Of a stretch of DNA of 56,162 nt, positions 39,048 to 46,850 are shown piece after piece (position 1 is the stretch's first letter; every line of letters begins with the position of its first letter). Below the pieces are notes generated by a model, which worked only from the letters and a program-made list of their open reading frames with translations, made no database searches and had not been told where the DNA came from. The position numbers were made by a program, and so were the translations under genes. Source of the DNA: an archaeon (GTDB lineage: Archaea > Nanobdellota > Nanobdellia > Woesearchaeales > GW2011-AR9); NCBI GenBank assembly GCA_043812455.1, contig JBDRMB010000015.1, forward strand, positions 1 through 56,162, written 5' to 3'.

Positions 39048-40031
39048 TCATGCTTTCACCTTCAACATTTCTTTATATGCTGGCATCCAACTCTCATAAA
39101 TCATGATTAGGTGTTCATAGTTTCTAATAACATGTGGAAACCTTTTCCGAAGATCATTAACAATACTATTAAATTGTTGATAACTTTCTACTGCAAATTC
39201 AATTTCAACTTCCCAAGGTGCTAAACTTCGAATATAATACATACAGTATGAATGAGTTCTTGTCCATTCAAAAAGAGCAGCCTCATCTTTTTTAGAAAGA
39301 GTTCTGAAATAAATAATTGCTTTGAAAAATTCTAAGCCTAATTTATTTAGATCTACTGCAATTCTATAACTTAATATTATTCCTCTTTCTTCAAGGTTTT
39401 TAATCCTCCTTCTCACAATTTCAATTGTAGAATTAACTTTTCTCGCTAACTCTGCTAAAGGAATTCGAGCATCATTGGCCAAGATGTTTAAAATTTTAGA
39501 GTCTAAATCTTCAATCTTGTTCTCGACAATATCTCCTCCAAAAACAACAAACTTACTATCTGTATCATTAGTAAAAAATTTTTTGTGGTACTGTCTAGTG
39601 TCAACCATAGTACCAAGAATCTTACTAACTATCAAATGTTCCCACTTAGAGAGAAGGGAATTTATTTTTTCATAATATTCAGTCATATCTTTAGAAAGAA
39701 TAGCAAAAACGCAGTCAAACGCTCCATCTGAAATACCAAACCAGTAAATATCTTTATTTTTCTTTAATTCACTGAAGAACTTTTCCCTTTCTTCAGGAAT
39801 ATTTTCTAACTTCAAATAAGCTTTAAACATATAATATCCTAATTTATTTGGATTTATTGAAGTAATAAATCCAGTAATGATACCTTTTTTTTCTAATTGT
39901 TGGATTCGATATTTTACTGTCTCGCGGGACTTATTTACTTTCTTTGCTAACAATGAATTTGGGATTCTACAATCTTTATCCAATTCTCTTAGTATTTTCC
40001 GGTCTGTCAAATCTAAGCTTATTTTAACCAT
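39048..40031 (-). CDS. Tandem-duplicated Lrp/AsnC family regulator
   Basis: Two HTH+RAM units (LDLTDRKIL...RI..LE..GII and IEDLDSKIL...RI.NLE..GII). Confidence 0.92.
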   Translation of the reverse strand: MVKISLDLTDRKILRELDKDCRIPNSLLAKKVNKSRETVKYRIQQLEKKGIITGFITSINPNKLGYYMFKAYLKLENIPEEREKFFSELKKNKDIYWFGISDGAFDCVFAILSKDMTEYYEKINSLLSKWEHLIVSKILGTMVDTRQYHKKFFTNDTDSKFVVFGGDIVENKIEDLDSKILNILANDARIPLAELARKVNSTIEIVRRRIKNLEERGIILSYRIAVDLNKLGLEFFKAIIYFRTLSKKDEAALFEWTRTHSYCMYYIRSLAPWEVEIEFAVESYQQFNSIVNDLRKRFPHVIRNYEHLIMIYESWMPAYKEMLKVKA

Positions 40032-40128
40032 ATTTTAACCATAATACGTTTATTATTTATAAAATGTACCTTTTTCGGTTAAAATCTAAAGACAAGTTTA
40101 ATATAATGCTCACCACTCTATAGTGACT

Positions 40129-41367
40129 ATGAAACTTAAACCAAACGTAAAAGAAGTGTTACCAAGGGCGGTTCCAACAGATTATCGTCTTGGTATAGAT
40201 GGCTGGTCATTTTCCAAAGAAAAGCTAGCAGAACGACAAGAGGACGGAACTAGAAAGCTGTTAACTCTAGATGTTAGTATCTCTCCAGATCAATTTGTTG
40301 AAAAAGTAAATCAAGGTGACAGAAAAGGACTAGTTCGAAGAGTAAACAAATTTTATGATTCTATTTGTCCACATAACTGTCCTGGATGTTTTGAAAAGGG
40401 AGATGTGACAAATTATTTACTGAGTTTTGAAGATATCCAGAATTATATTGAACAAGGTTTGGAACTTGGTCTTGAATCTATAAAATTTTTAGGACCCGGA
40501 GAGCTTATTGCTAATCCTGACTTGTTTAAGATATTAGATTATTTGGATGAAAAAGATATTAAAACTATAATCTTCACTAAAGGAGGAACCTTAGGTGACG
40601 ACGAACTTGCTAAGAGATACCAGGGTATGAGTTCTGAGGAATTAGTGAAAAAAGTTTGTAGTTATGATAATACAAGATTTGGAATAAATTTTAGAACCTT
40701 TGATGAGAAAAAGGCGAATAATAGTACTAACAGCCAAGCTAGTAATTATGCTAGAGCTAGGAATAGGGCTGTTGAGCTATTAGCAAAAGAGGGAATGAAT
40801 AGCGATCTCTATTCTCAAAGGTTGGGATTAATATTTACTCCAGTTACTGCTGATAGTATTGATGATACATTAGAAGTTTTCAAATGGGGAACAGAAAGAA
40901 ACATTCCTGTTACTGTAACACCAACCATGGTTAGCGGTAGAGGTAAGAAACTGATGAAAGAAGCTCAAACTCCAGAGTTTCAAGAAAAGTTAGTTCAGTT
41001 GTATACTGACATCAATACCTATTTAGTTGAAATAGGAGCTCTAACCATAGATCAGTTAAAAGAAGAAGGAGTTTCTTCATATGCCGGCACTACTCCGTGT
41101 ACTCAATTATCTTGTGGTATGTTCGTAAGGAAAGATGGAGTTGTTCAATTTTGTCCTGGGAATGATAGCGGTCAATTTAAAATTGCAGATGATGTCCGGG
41201 CAGAGCCTCTTAGAAATATTTGGGGGAAACATGCAGCAAAGATTGATGATAAATGGGGAACTGGGTCCGTTCTTAACAACGGCTGTGTTAAAGATGGCTA
41301 TTCTATTCCTGTTAAATTGTATGATGACGTTTTGAAGAGGTTGGATGTAGATGGGAAGAAAGATTGA
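40129..41367 (+). CDS. Radical SAM protein with SPASM/twitch-like C-terminus
   Basis: CPHNCPGC, GPGELI, CTQLSCGMFVRKDGVVQFCPG. Confidence 0.88.
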   Translation: MKLKPNVKEVLPRAVPTDYRLGIDGWSFSKEKLAERQEDGTRKLLTLDVSISPDQFVEKVNQGDRKGLVRRVNKFYDSICPHNCPGCFEKGDVTNYLLSFEDIQNYIEQGLELGLESIKFLGPGELIANPDLFKILDYLDEKDIKTIIFTKGGTLGDDELAKRYQGMSSEELVKKVCSYDNTRFGINFRTFDEKKANNSTNSQASNYARARNRAVELLAKEGMNSDLYSQRLGLIFTPVTADSIDDTLEVFKWGTERNIPVTVTPTMVSGRGKKLMKEAQTPEFQEKLVQLYTDINTYLVEIGALTIDQLKEEGVSSYAGTTPCTQLSCGMFVRKDGVVQFCPGNDSGQFKIADDVRAEPLRNIWGKHAAKIDDKWGTGSVLNNGCVKDGYSIPVKLYDDVLKRLDVDGKKD

Positions 41368-41524
41368 TTTTGAAAGAGAGTTTTTTAGTGTAGCTAAAGG
41401 TCTTGAAACCAAACTGGAAGTCAGGGAAGGGTTTGTTAAGAAGATTCAGGAACAGGCAGAGGAATGGATTGATAACAAATTAAGATTTGTGATACTTGGG
41501 TTGAAAGATAGAAGAACTAAATAA
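41351..41524 (+). CDS. Putative small protein (57 aa), not in ORF track
   Basis: MGRKIDFEREFFSVAKGLETKLEVREGFVKKIQEQAEEWIDNKLRFVILGLKDRRTK; overlaps the radical SAM 3' end. Confidence 0.5.
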   Translation: MGRKIDFEREFFSVAKGLETKLEVREGFVKKIQEQAEEWIDNKLRFVILGLKDRRTK

Positions 41525-41534
41525 AAATAAAAAA

Positions 41535-41744
41535 TGGGCCTACCCGGACTCGCAAAAAAGCTGCACTTTCTTTAAATTATTAAGCCGGCTTAATACTTGC
41601 ACCGGGGATCCTCGCCATTCTGAAAAAAAGCAAGCTTTTTTTTGAAAATTAAGTTTACTTAATTAGTCAAGGCGATATCATATGCAGCGCGTAGCTGCGA
41701 CCGAAAATGGTCACATTTTCGCGTAGCTACTAGACCACAGGCCC
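41535..41744 (-). tRNA. tRNA-Val(GAC) with three introns (about 20/21, 37/38 and 59/60)
   Basis: Acceptor GGGCCTG/TAGGCCC-A, anticodon stem TCGCC/GGCGA with TT-GAC, T-stem CCCGG/CCGGG. Removing 43 nt (41682-41724), 47 nt (41618-41664) and 47 nt (41549-41595) yields a 73-nt cloverleaf. Confidence 0.88.
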
Positions 41745-41810
41745 AAACTTTTAAGAAAAGTTTGATCAAAACACGTGTGGCGTTCGTTCACTTCGTGAAC
41801 TCAACCACAC
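41744..41810. repeat. Two hairpins in the probable pre-tRNA 5' leader
   Basis: CAAACTTTT-aag-AAAAGTTTG and GTGTGG..GTTCAC-ttc-GTGAAC..CCACAC. Confidence 0.6.
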
Positions 41811-41880
41811 CATTTTTTATCAGATGTTCCTAAAAGTGAAATCAAAAAGCTTATATTCTTATATAAATTTTCTTATCGTG

Positions 41881-43017
41881 ATGACACATAGTGAAGATCA
41901 CCATTATCACTGGTGGAGATATTTTCGTGGGAAAGAAATGAACCAAATTTATATCTCAGTAGCTTTACGGTCATTAGCAATTTCTTTGATTAGTATCTTC
42001 GTACCGATGTACCTTTACAATGAGTTAGGGTATACTTTAGCTGAAACGTTAGTGTTCTATATTTTTTATGCAGTAATCTTTGCCATTAGTACACCTTTCA
42101 CTGCAAAGTTTGCTTGCAAATATGGATTTAAACATAGTGTGTTGTTAAGCGCACCTATGTATGTTATGTACTTTTTTCTTTTATATCAATTAGATACATA
42201 TCAAATTCCCTTAGTTCTAATCGCTGGACTTTTAGGACTAGGAATGTCATTTTTCTGGATGGGAATGCATTTAGAATTCAAAAAGGTCAGTCATAAAAAT
42301 CATCGGGGTGAAGAGGTTGGGAAAAGGGAAGCTGTAGCAATCTTAGCAACTTTACTTGGGCCATTAGCAGGTGGAGCACTAATTAAATTTGTAAATTTTC
42401 ATATTGTATTCATTTTAGCTAGTGTTCTATTATTAATTTCAGCATTATTCTTGTTTGCAAGCAGTGAACGGCATGTACCATATCATTTTTCTGTCAAAAG
42501 TATTTTTGACAAACGTTATTGGAGAAGTTCATTATTCTTTGTTTATCGAGGAATGTTCGCTATGACTAACGGAGTCATTTGGCCGCTATTTATTTTTATG
42601 AGTTTAAGTGATTATTTTACAGTTGGAATATTAGGTTCAGTTGCAGCGATAGGCACTTCAATATTGATGGTATTTACTGGAAAATTGAGTGACCATAAAT
42701 TTAAGAAACGGACTATTATCAAATGGTTTGTTCCATTTGAATCTTTATCTTGGATAGTAAGAGGTTTCTTGACTACATTTTCTGGATTTTTAGGAGTTAC
42801 TATGTTTCATTCTATCACTTACGGAGCAATGTCTTCACCAATGTCTGCCAGAGAATATAATCATACTAGGGATAACGCTGTCGAATATTTTATTACTAGA
42901 GAAATATTTATTTGTTTAGGAAGAATTTTGGTATTATGTTTCTTATTGTTAACAGCAAGTTTTGTTTCCAGCTTTGTCTTAGTAGGAGCTGCTAGTTTCT
43001 TAGCAGTGTTGTTTTAA
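41881..43017 (+). CDS. MFS transporter
   Basis: Multi-TM; RGEEVG...LLGPLAGG; GKLSD. Confidence 0.85.
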   Translation: MTHSEDHHYHWWRYFRGKEMNQIYISVALRSLAISLISIFVPMYLYNELGYTLAETLVFYIFYAVIFAISTPFTAKFACKYGFKHSVLLSAPMYVMYFFLLYQLDTYQIPLVLIAGLLGLGMSFFWMGMHLEFKKVSHKNHRGEEVGKREAVAILATLLGPLAGGALIKFVNFHIVFILASVLLLISALFLFASSERHVPYHFSVKSIFDKRYWRSSLFFVYRGMFAMTNGVIWPLFIFMSLSDYFTVGILGSVAAIGTSILMVFTGKLSDHKFKKRTIIKWFVPFESLSWIVRGFLTTFSGFLGVTMFHSITYGAMSSPMSAREYNHTRDNAVEYFITREIFICLGRILVLCFLLLTASFVSSFVLVGAASFLAVLF

Positions 43018-43111
43018 GTTAAAGTGATATGTTCATTGAAAACATTGCATCTCAGAACTATTATTCTGTAATTCAGAACAATTTATATCTTCCAACACAT
43101 TACCTCTAAAC

Positions 43112-43759
43112 ATGAACCAAGCAACAGAACCAGAGGCTGAATTTCTTAACGGGATGATCGAATTGCAGTATGGTAACGATGTAGTGCCAAAGCTTAAAGA
43201 ATTAGCTAAACAAGTACCTTGGGCGCACGACTGGCCAGAAAATAAAGAATCGTTCTGGAACGCAGAAGCGTTCATGTGGCAGCACAAAATTGAACGGGAT
43301 GTCAGAGAACTTATCAAGAAAAAACTTTCTGAGAAGTTAACTTCTGCTGAAGACAGAAAAAATCTTGACCTTGGTTGTGGCGCGTTCAGTTATGTTGTAT
43401 CAACTGGATTTGATTGTTCACAAAAGATGCTCGACTTTAATGAATATGCTATCGAGAAAGTTAAGGGAGATTTAGAAACTAATCTTCCTTTCAAGAATTT
43501 TACTTTTGATTCTGCTACTGCAATTTTTGTTTTGAATTATGTGAAAAATGTAAAAAATTTGCTGAAAGAAGTCAGGCGTGTGATAAAATCTGGCGGAAGT
43601 TTTAATATTGTACTTTCTGGAAAAGAAGTTAATCTCTGGCAACGGCAGAAACAGGTTAATAATTTTAGTTCAAAGGAATGGATTGAAATGTTCAAAAGTG
43701 CTGGTTTTATTGTTAGCATGGAAATTGAAAATGATTTGTATTTCTTTAGTTTGTTTTGA
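43112..43759 (+). CDS. Class I SAM-dependent methyltransferase
   Basis: NLDLGCGA, LPFKNFTFD, LKEVRRVIKSGG. Confidence 0.88.
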   Translation: MNQATEPEAEFLNGMIELQYGNDVVPKLKELAKQVPWAHDWPENKESFWNAEAFMWQHKIERDVRELIKKKLSEKLTSAEDRKNLDLGCGAFSYVVSTGFDCSQKMLDFNEYAIEKVKGDLETNLPFKNFTFDSATAIFVLNYVKNVKNLLKEVRRVIKSGGSFNIVLSGKEVNLWQRQKQVNNFSSKEWIEMFKSAGFIVSMEIENDLYFFSLF

Positions 43760-43775
43760 ATAATTTTTCTTTATT

Positions 43776-43906
43776 AGAGCTTTGCCAGAGCGGAAGCGTA
43801 GTCCAAAAGGTGCCGGATTTTATCACTTTGTTCCAAAATGCACTTTTTATGTCACTTCATGCCTTCGCTTCTTACCACCAACCTTCCCTTAATTAGGCAA
43901 AGCTTT
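43776..43906. repeat. Long imperfect intergenic hairpin
   Basis: Arms AGCTTTGCC/GGCAAAGCT, GAAGCG/CGCTTC, AAAAGGTGC/GCACTTTT. Confidence 0.6.
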
Positions 43907-43988
43907 GGTGTTCCAATCCGAAATTAATTTAAACAATAAATATATCATTAGGTATAATAAAGCTAAAAAGGGTAAAAAAGGTAGATAG

Positions 43989-45476
43989 ATGGTCAGTTCA
44001 GAACTTTTGGTAAAGTACGGTTTCATTAAGAAAGATAAGCTTGCTAATTATACCTATGATGAAAAGTCTAAAACTTATCAACCAATGCCTGGATTTAAAA
44101 TAAGAGGGAAAGATGCTGATGAAGAAATAGCAGAGGTTGCTATTGATAAGTTTGGTAAAACTGGCTATCCAAAATCAATTAAAAGGTTTGAAATGTTCTG
44201 GGAAATGCAGGACATGAACTTAGAGGAGCCTTATTTCTGGTTTATTGATAATGTTCGGCAAACTGTGCCAATAATTGAAAAAGTTGAAGATTCTTTTTCT
44301 GCTTCAGAAAATTCTGCATTTTTTGGTGTTACACAGCAAAGGTTAGGTATCCAACAAGATAAAGTGGGACAATTCTTAGCAACTACTGGGAAAATGGTAA
44401 AAGAACTTTTCCAGATGGTAAGAGAGTTAAGAATCTTAGATGAAAGATTAACATATTATGAAGAAAGTTATTCTCAGCTTAGCAAACCCCCAAATGGCAG
44501 AAGTAAGTCTGCAGAAATCACTTTGAAAGGTATTTTCATTGACTTGGTACAAGGTGGTAGCAAGACTCCTGGTTCCATTTATGGAATGGCACGGGAATTA
44601 GAATTTATTACTTTACCAGACCTGTTTTTTGATGCTCCACCGTTTAATAATACTGAAGAGATGGAAAATCACGTGAGTAGTTTGAGAGCGAATTTTAATG
44701 AAGCGTTGTTAAGGGTATTAGTTAGACATTTAAGGCAATTCATGGAATGGAAAAAACGTACTCATAAGGAACATGCTAACCGGAAAGAATTTATGCTCAA
44801 ATATTTACGCCAACATTATAATATTATCCAAATGTATTTAGCGTGGTTAAAACCTTATTTGCGGACTATCAAAAAACTTAACATGAAAGAAGGTTCTGAT
44901 ATGTCCTATAATATGATATCAGCATTTGAAAGTTCTCTTACTGACATTGAAGTTCTTTGCCATTATCCTGACACCGATCATTGTTTAATGGTTACTTTCA
45001 ATTTTAGAACCCGGCCACACATGAAATTTGTCCAGGAAGGTTATCAGCGAGGTCCAGTGCATGTTGGTCAAATGAGAATGGTAGTAAGAGCACTCGACTG
45101 GAAAAAGAGTCATATTAGAAGATATAAAGCATTGAAAGAAGCTGAAAGTTTAGAATTGATGGGCGATCTTTCTGGTTCTGTACAACAATCCATGGAAGCT
45201 TTAGGTGGTGAACTTGAACGATATTTGAAAGAAGCTGAAGGCATTAAGGATGAAGATGAAAAGGAAAAAAAATCTGCAAAAAAGTCTGTTGCAGAAATGA
45301 TGTTTGGAGATTTCATTAATTTTGATAAGTTGAGAGAAAGGAAAGCTAGTAGTGGTAAGAAAGATAAAAGTAATGATGAAGATGCTGGTTTAGGAGATGG
45401 TAGAGGTGCAATTTTATTTTCTGCATGGGGAACTTACAAAAATTTTAAGAAAGCTCATCGGATGGTTACTTGGTAA
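43989..45476 (+). CDS. Hypothetical helical protein (495 aa)
   Basis: Long intact ORF with aromatic motif-like blocks (EEPYFW, SAFFG, LPDLFF, WLKPYL). Confidence 0.8.
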   Translation: MVSSELLVKYGFIKKDKLANYTYDEKSKTYQPMPGFKIRGKDADEEIAEVAIDKFGKTGYPKSIKRFEMFWEMQDMNLEEPYFWFIDNVRQTVPIIEKVEDSFSASENSAFFGVTQQRLGIQQDKVGQFLATTGKMVKELFQMVRELRILDERLTYYEESYSQLSKPPNGRSKSAEITLKGIFIDLVQGGSKTPGSIYGMARELEFITLPDLFFDAPPFNNTEEMENHVSSLRANFNEALLRVLVRHLRQFMEWKKRTHKEHANRKEFMLKYLRQHYNIIQMYLAWLKPYLRTIKKLNMKEGSDMSYNMISAFESSLTDIEVLCHYPDTDHCLMVTFNFRTRPHMKFVQEGYQRGPVHVGQMRMVVRALDWKKSHIRRYKALKEAESLELMGDLSGSVQQSMEALGGELERYLKEAEGIKDEDEKEKKSAKKSVAEMMFGDFINFDKLRERKASSGKKDKSNDEDAGLGDGRGAILFSAWGTYKNFKKAHRMVTW

Positions 45477-45514
45477 AAATCATTTATTTAAATTAAAAAA
45501 ATACGAGGTGAAAA

Positions 45515-45631
45515 ATGCCAGTTAAGAAAAAAGCAACTACAAAAAAAGCTGCACCTAAGAAAAAGGCTGTAGCTAAAAAGAAAGCTCCTGCTAAGAAAAA
45601 AACTTGTAAAAGTTGTTGTAGCAGTTGTTAA
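45515..45631 (+). CDS. Small Lys/Ala-rich peptide with Cys-rich tail (38 aa), not in ORF track
   Basis: MPVKKKATTKKAAPKKKAVAKKKAPAKKKTCKSCCSSC; SD GAGGTGA just upstream; T-rich tract downstream. Confidence 0.75.
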   Translation: MPVKKKATTKKAAPKKKAVAKKKAPAKKKTCKSCCSSC

Positions 45632-45790
45632 TTTTAATAAGTTTTAATTTTCTTTTTTTCTTTTAATTTTTTTATTATTATTTTTTAATTTTATTACAAA
45701 TTAATGTTTTCTATTTCAGACATGCAATTTTCTCAGTAAAATTTTATAAACTGCAATGGTCTTAGTATGTAGTATACATTAAACGCTAAA

Positions 45791-46501
45791 ATGGCTAAAG
45801 AAGATGATCTGAAAGAATTTGATGCTCCTGTAAGGTTAGAGAAACTCAAAAAAAGAAAAGAAGAACATGAAAAAGAGATAGCGGAAGCTCAAAAGTTAAT
45901 TTCTGAAGCTGAAAGTGAGATTACTTCACAACGAGAATGGGAAGAAAAAGTTCCTATTCCTCAAGTTGCTGCTGAAGATTTGGCTGGGTTAAGCGTTGAA
46001 GAAAAACAAATTCTTAAAGTTCAGAAAGGAAAAAACGATAATAAATGGACGGAAGAAGACGCTGGTTCTGAAGAAAGTCCTGAAACTATAGAAAAAAAAG
46101 TTGTTGATAAACAAGTTTCAGAACTAGAACAAACCTTAGGTGCAGAAGAGATCGGTCTGGAAGCAATGCAAGCTGTTGCTCAGCTCGGACCAGGAAGTAA
46201 TTTAGATTATGTTAATGAACTTAGTCAGAGACCGGTAAATGACCTTTATGGTGAAATAAAGAATCTCTATAGTGCGGTGCAGGAAAAAGGTTATTTGTCT
46301 GCTGAAGAGCACAATAGGGTGGTTTATTTAAGTTCTGCAATGGAACAGAAAGTTAGTGATTTCCAGTCAGGTGAATATAGTTTCACTAAGGAAACTGCTC
46401 GGGCAGCTAGTTTAAGTCAGGCACTAGCGCACAAGATGAGTTCTTTGTACAAAGGTAATGATGCTTCTGGTGGAATGTATCAGAACGCTAATGATTATTG
46501 A
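45791..46501 (+). CDS. Hypothetical acidic coiled-coil protein
   Basis: ORF track; no recognised motif. Confidence 0.7.
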   Translation: MAKEDDLKEFDAPVRLEKLKKRKEEHEKEIAEAQKLISEAESEITSQREWEEKVPIPQVAAEDLAGLSVEEKQILKVQKGKNDNKWTEEDAGSEESPETIEKKVVDKQVSELEQTLGAEEIGLEAMQAVAQLGPGSNLDYVNELSQRPVNDLYGEIKNLYSAVQEKGYLSAEEHNRVVYLSSAMEQKVSDFQSGEYSFTKETARAASLSQALAHKMSSLYKGNDASGGMYQNANDY

Positions 46502-46503
46502 AA

Positions 46504-46758
46504 ATGAGAGAAGAATATGAAGGACCTAAGTATGCTTCTTTTTGCTCTAGTCTTGCTCAGGATGAAGAATCTGCAGCAGAATATTTGGGCGGGCTTAGTT
46601 CTGGTGAATTACAAGAATTTCTTGAATATGGAGAATACATTCGAGAACTGTTAATTGAATGGGGAACTTCTGAAACAAGATTCCTTGTAGAACATTCAAA
46701 TGAACATTTAGATAATGTTGTAGGAATAGTTGAACTGGCAAAAACTTATGTTAACTAG
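46504..46758 (+). CDS. Hypothetical protein
   Basis: ATG 2 nt after the upstream stop. Confidence 0.55.
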   Translation: MREEYEGPKYASFCSSLAQDEESAAEYLGGLSSGELQEFLEYGEYIRELLIEWGTSETRFLVEHSNEHLDNVVGIVELAKTYVN

Positions 46759-46850
46759 CTCTGTGATTTTTTTAACTTTTCTATTTATTGTGACACTTTG
46801 GTTATATTCAAAAGAAAAATATTATATACTTCTAAATAATAATTCTAACC

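Noticed and set aside
41351-41524. Histone-fold resemblance of the 57-aa ORF (long helix followed by RRT)
   Set aside because: Similarity is too weak and the final helix is missing; not supportable without a profile search.
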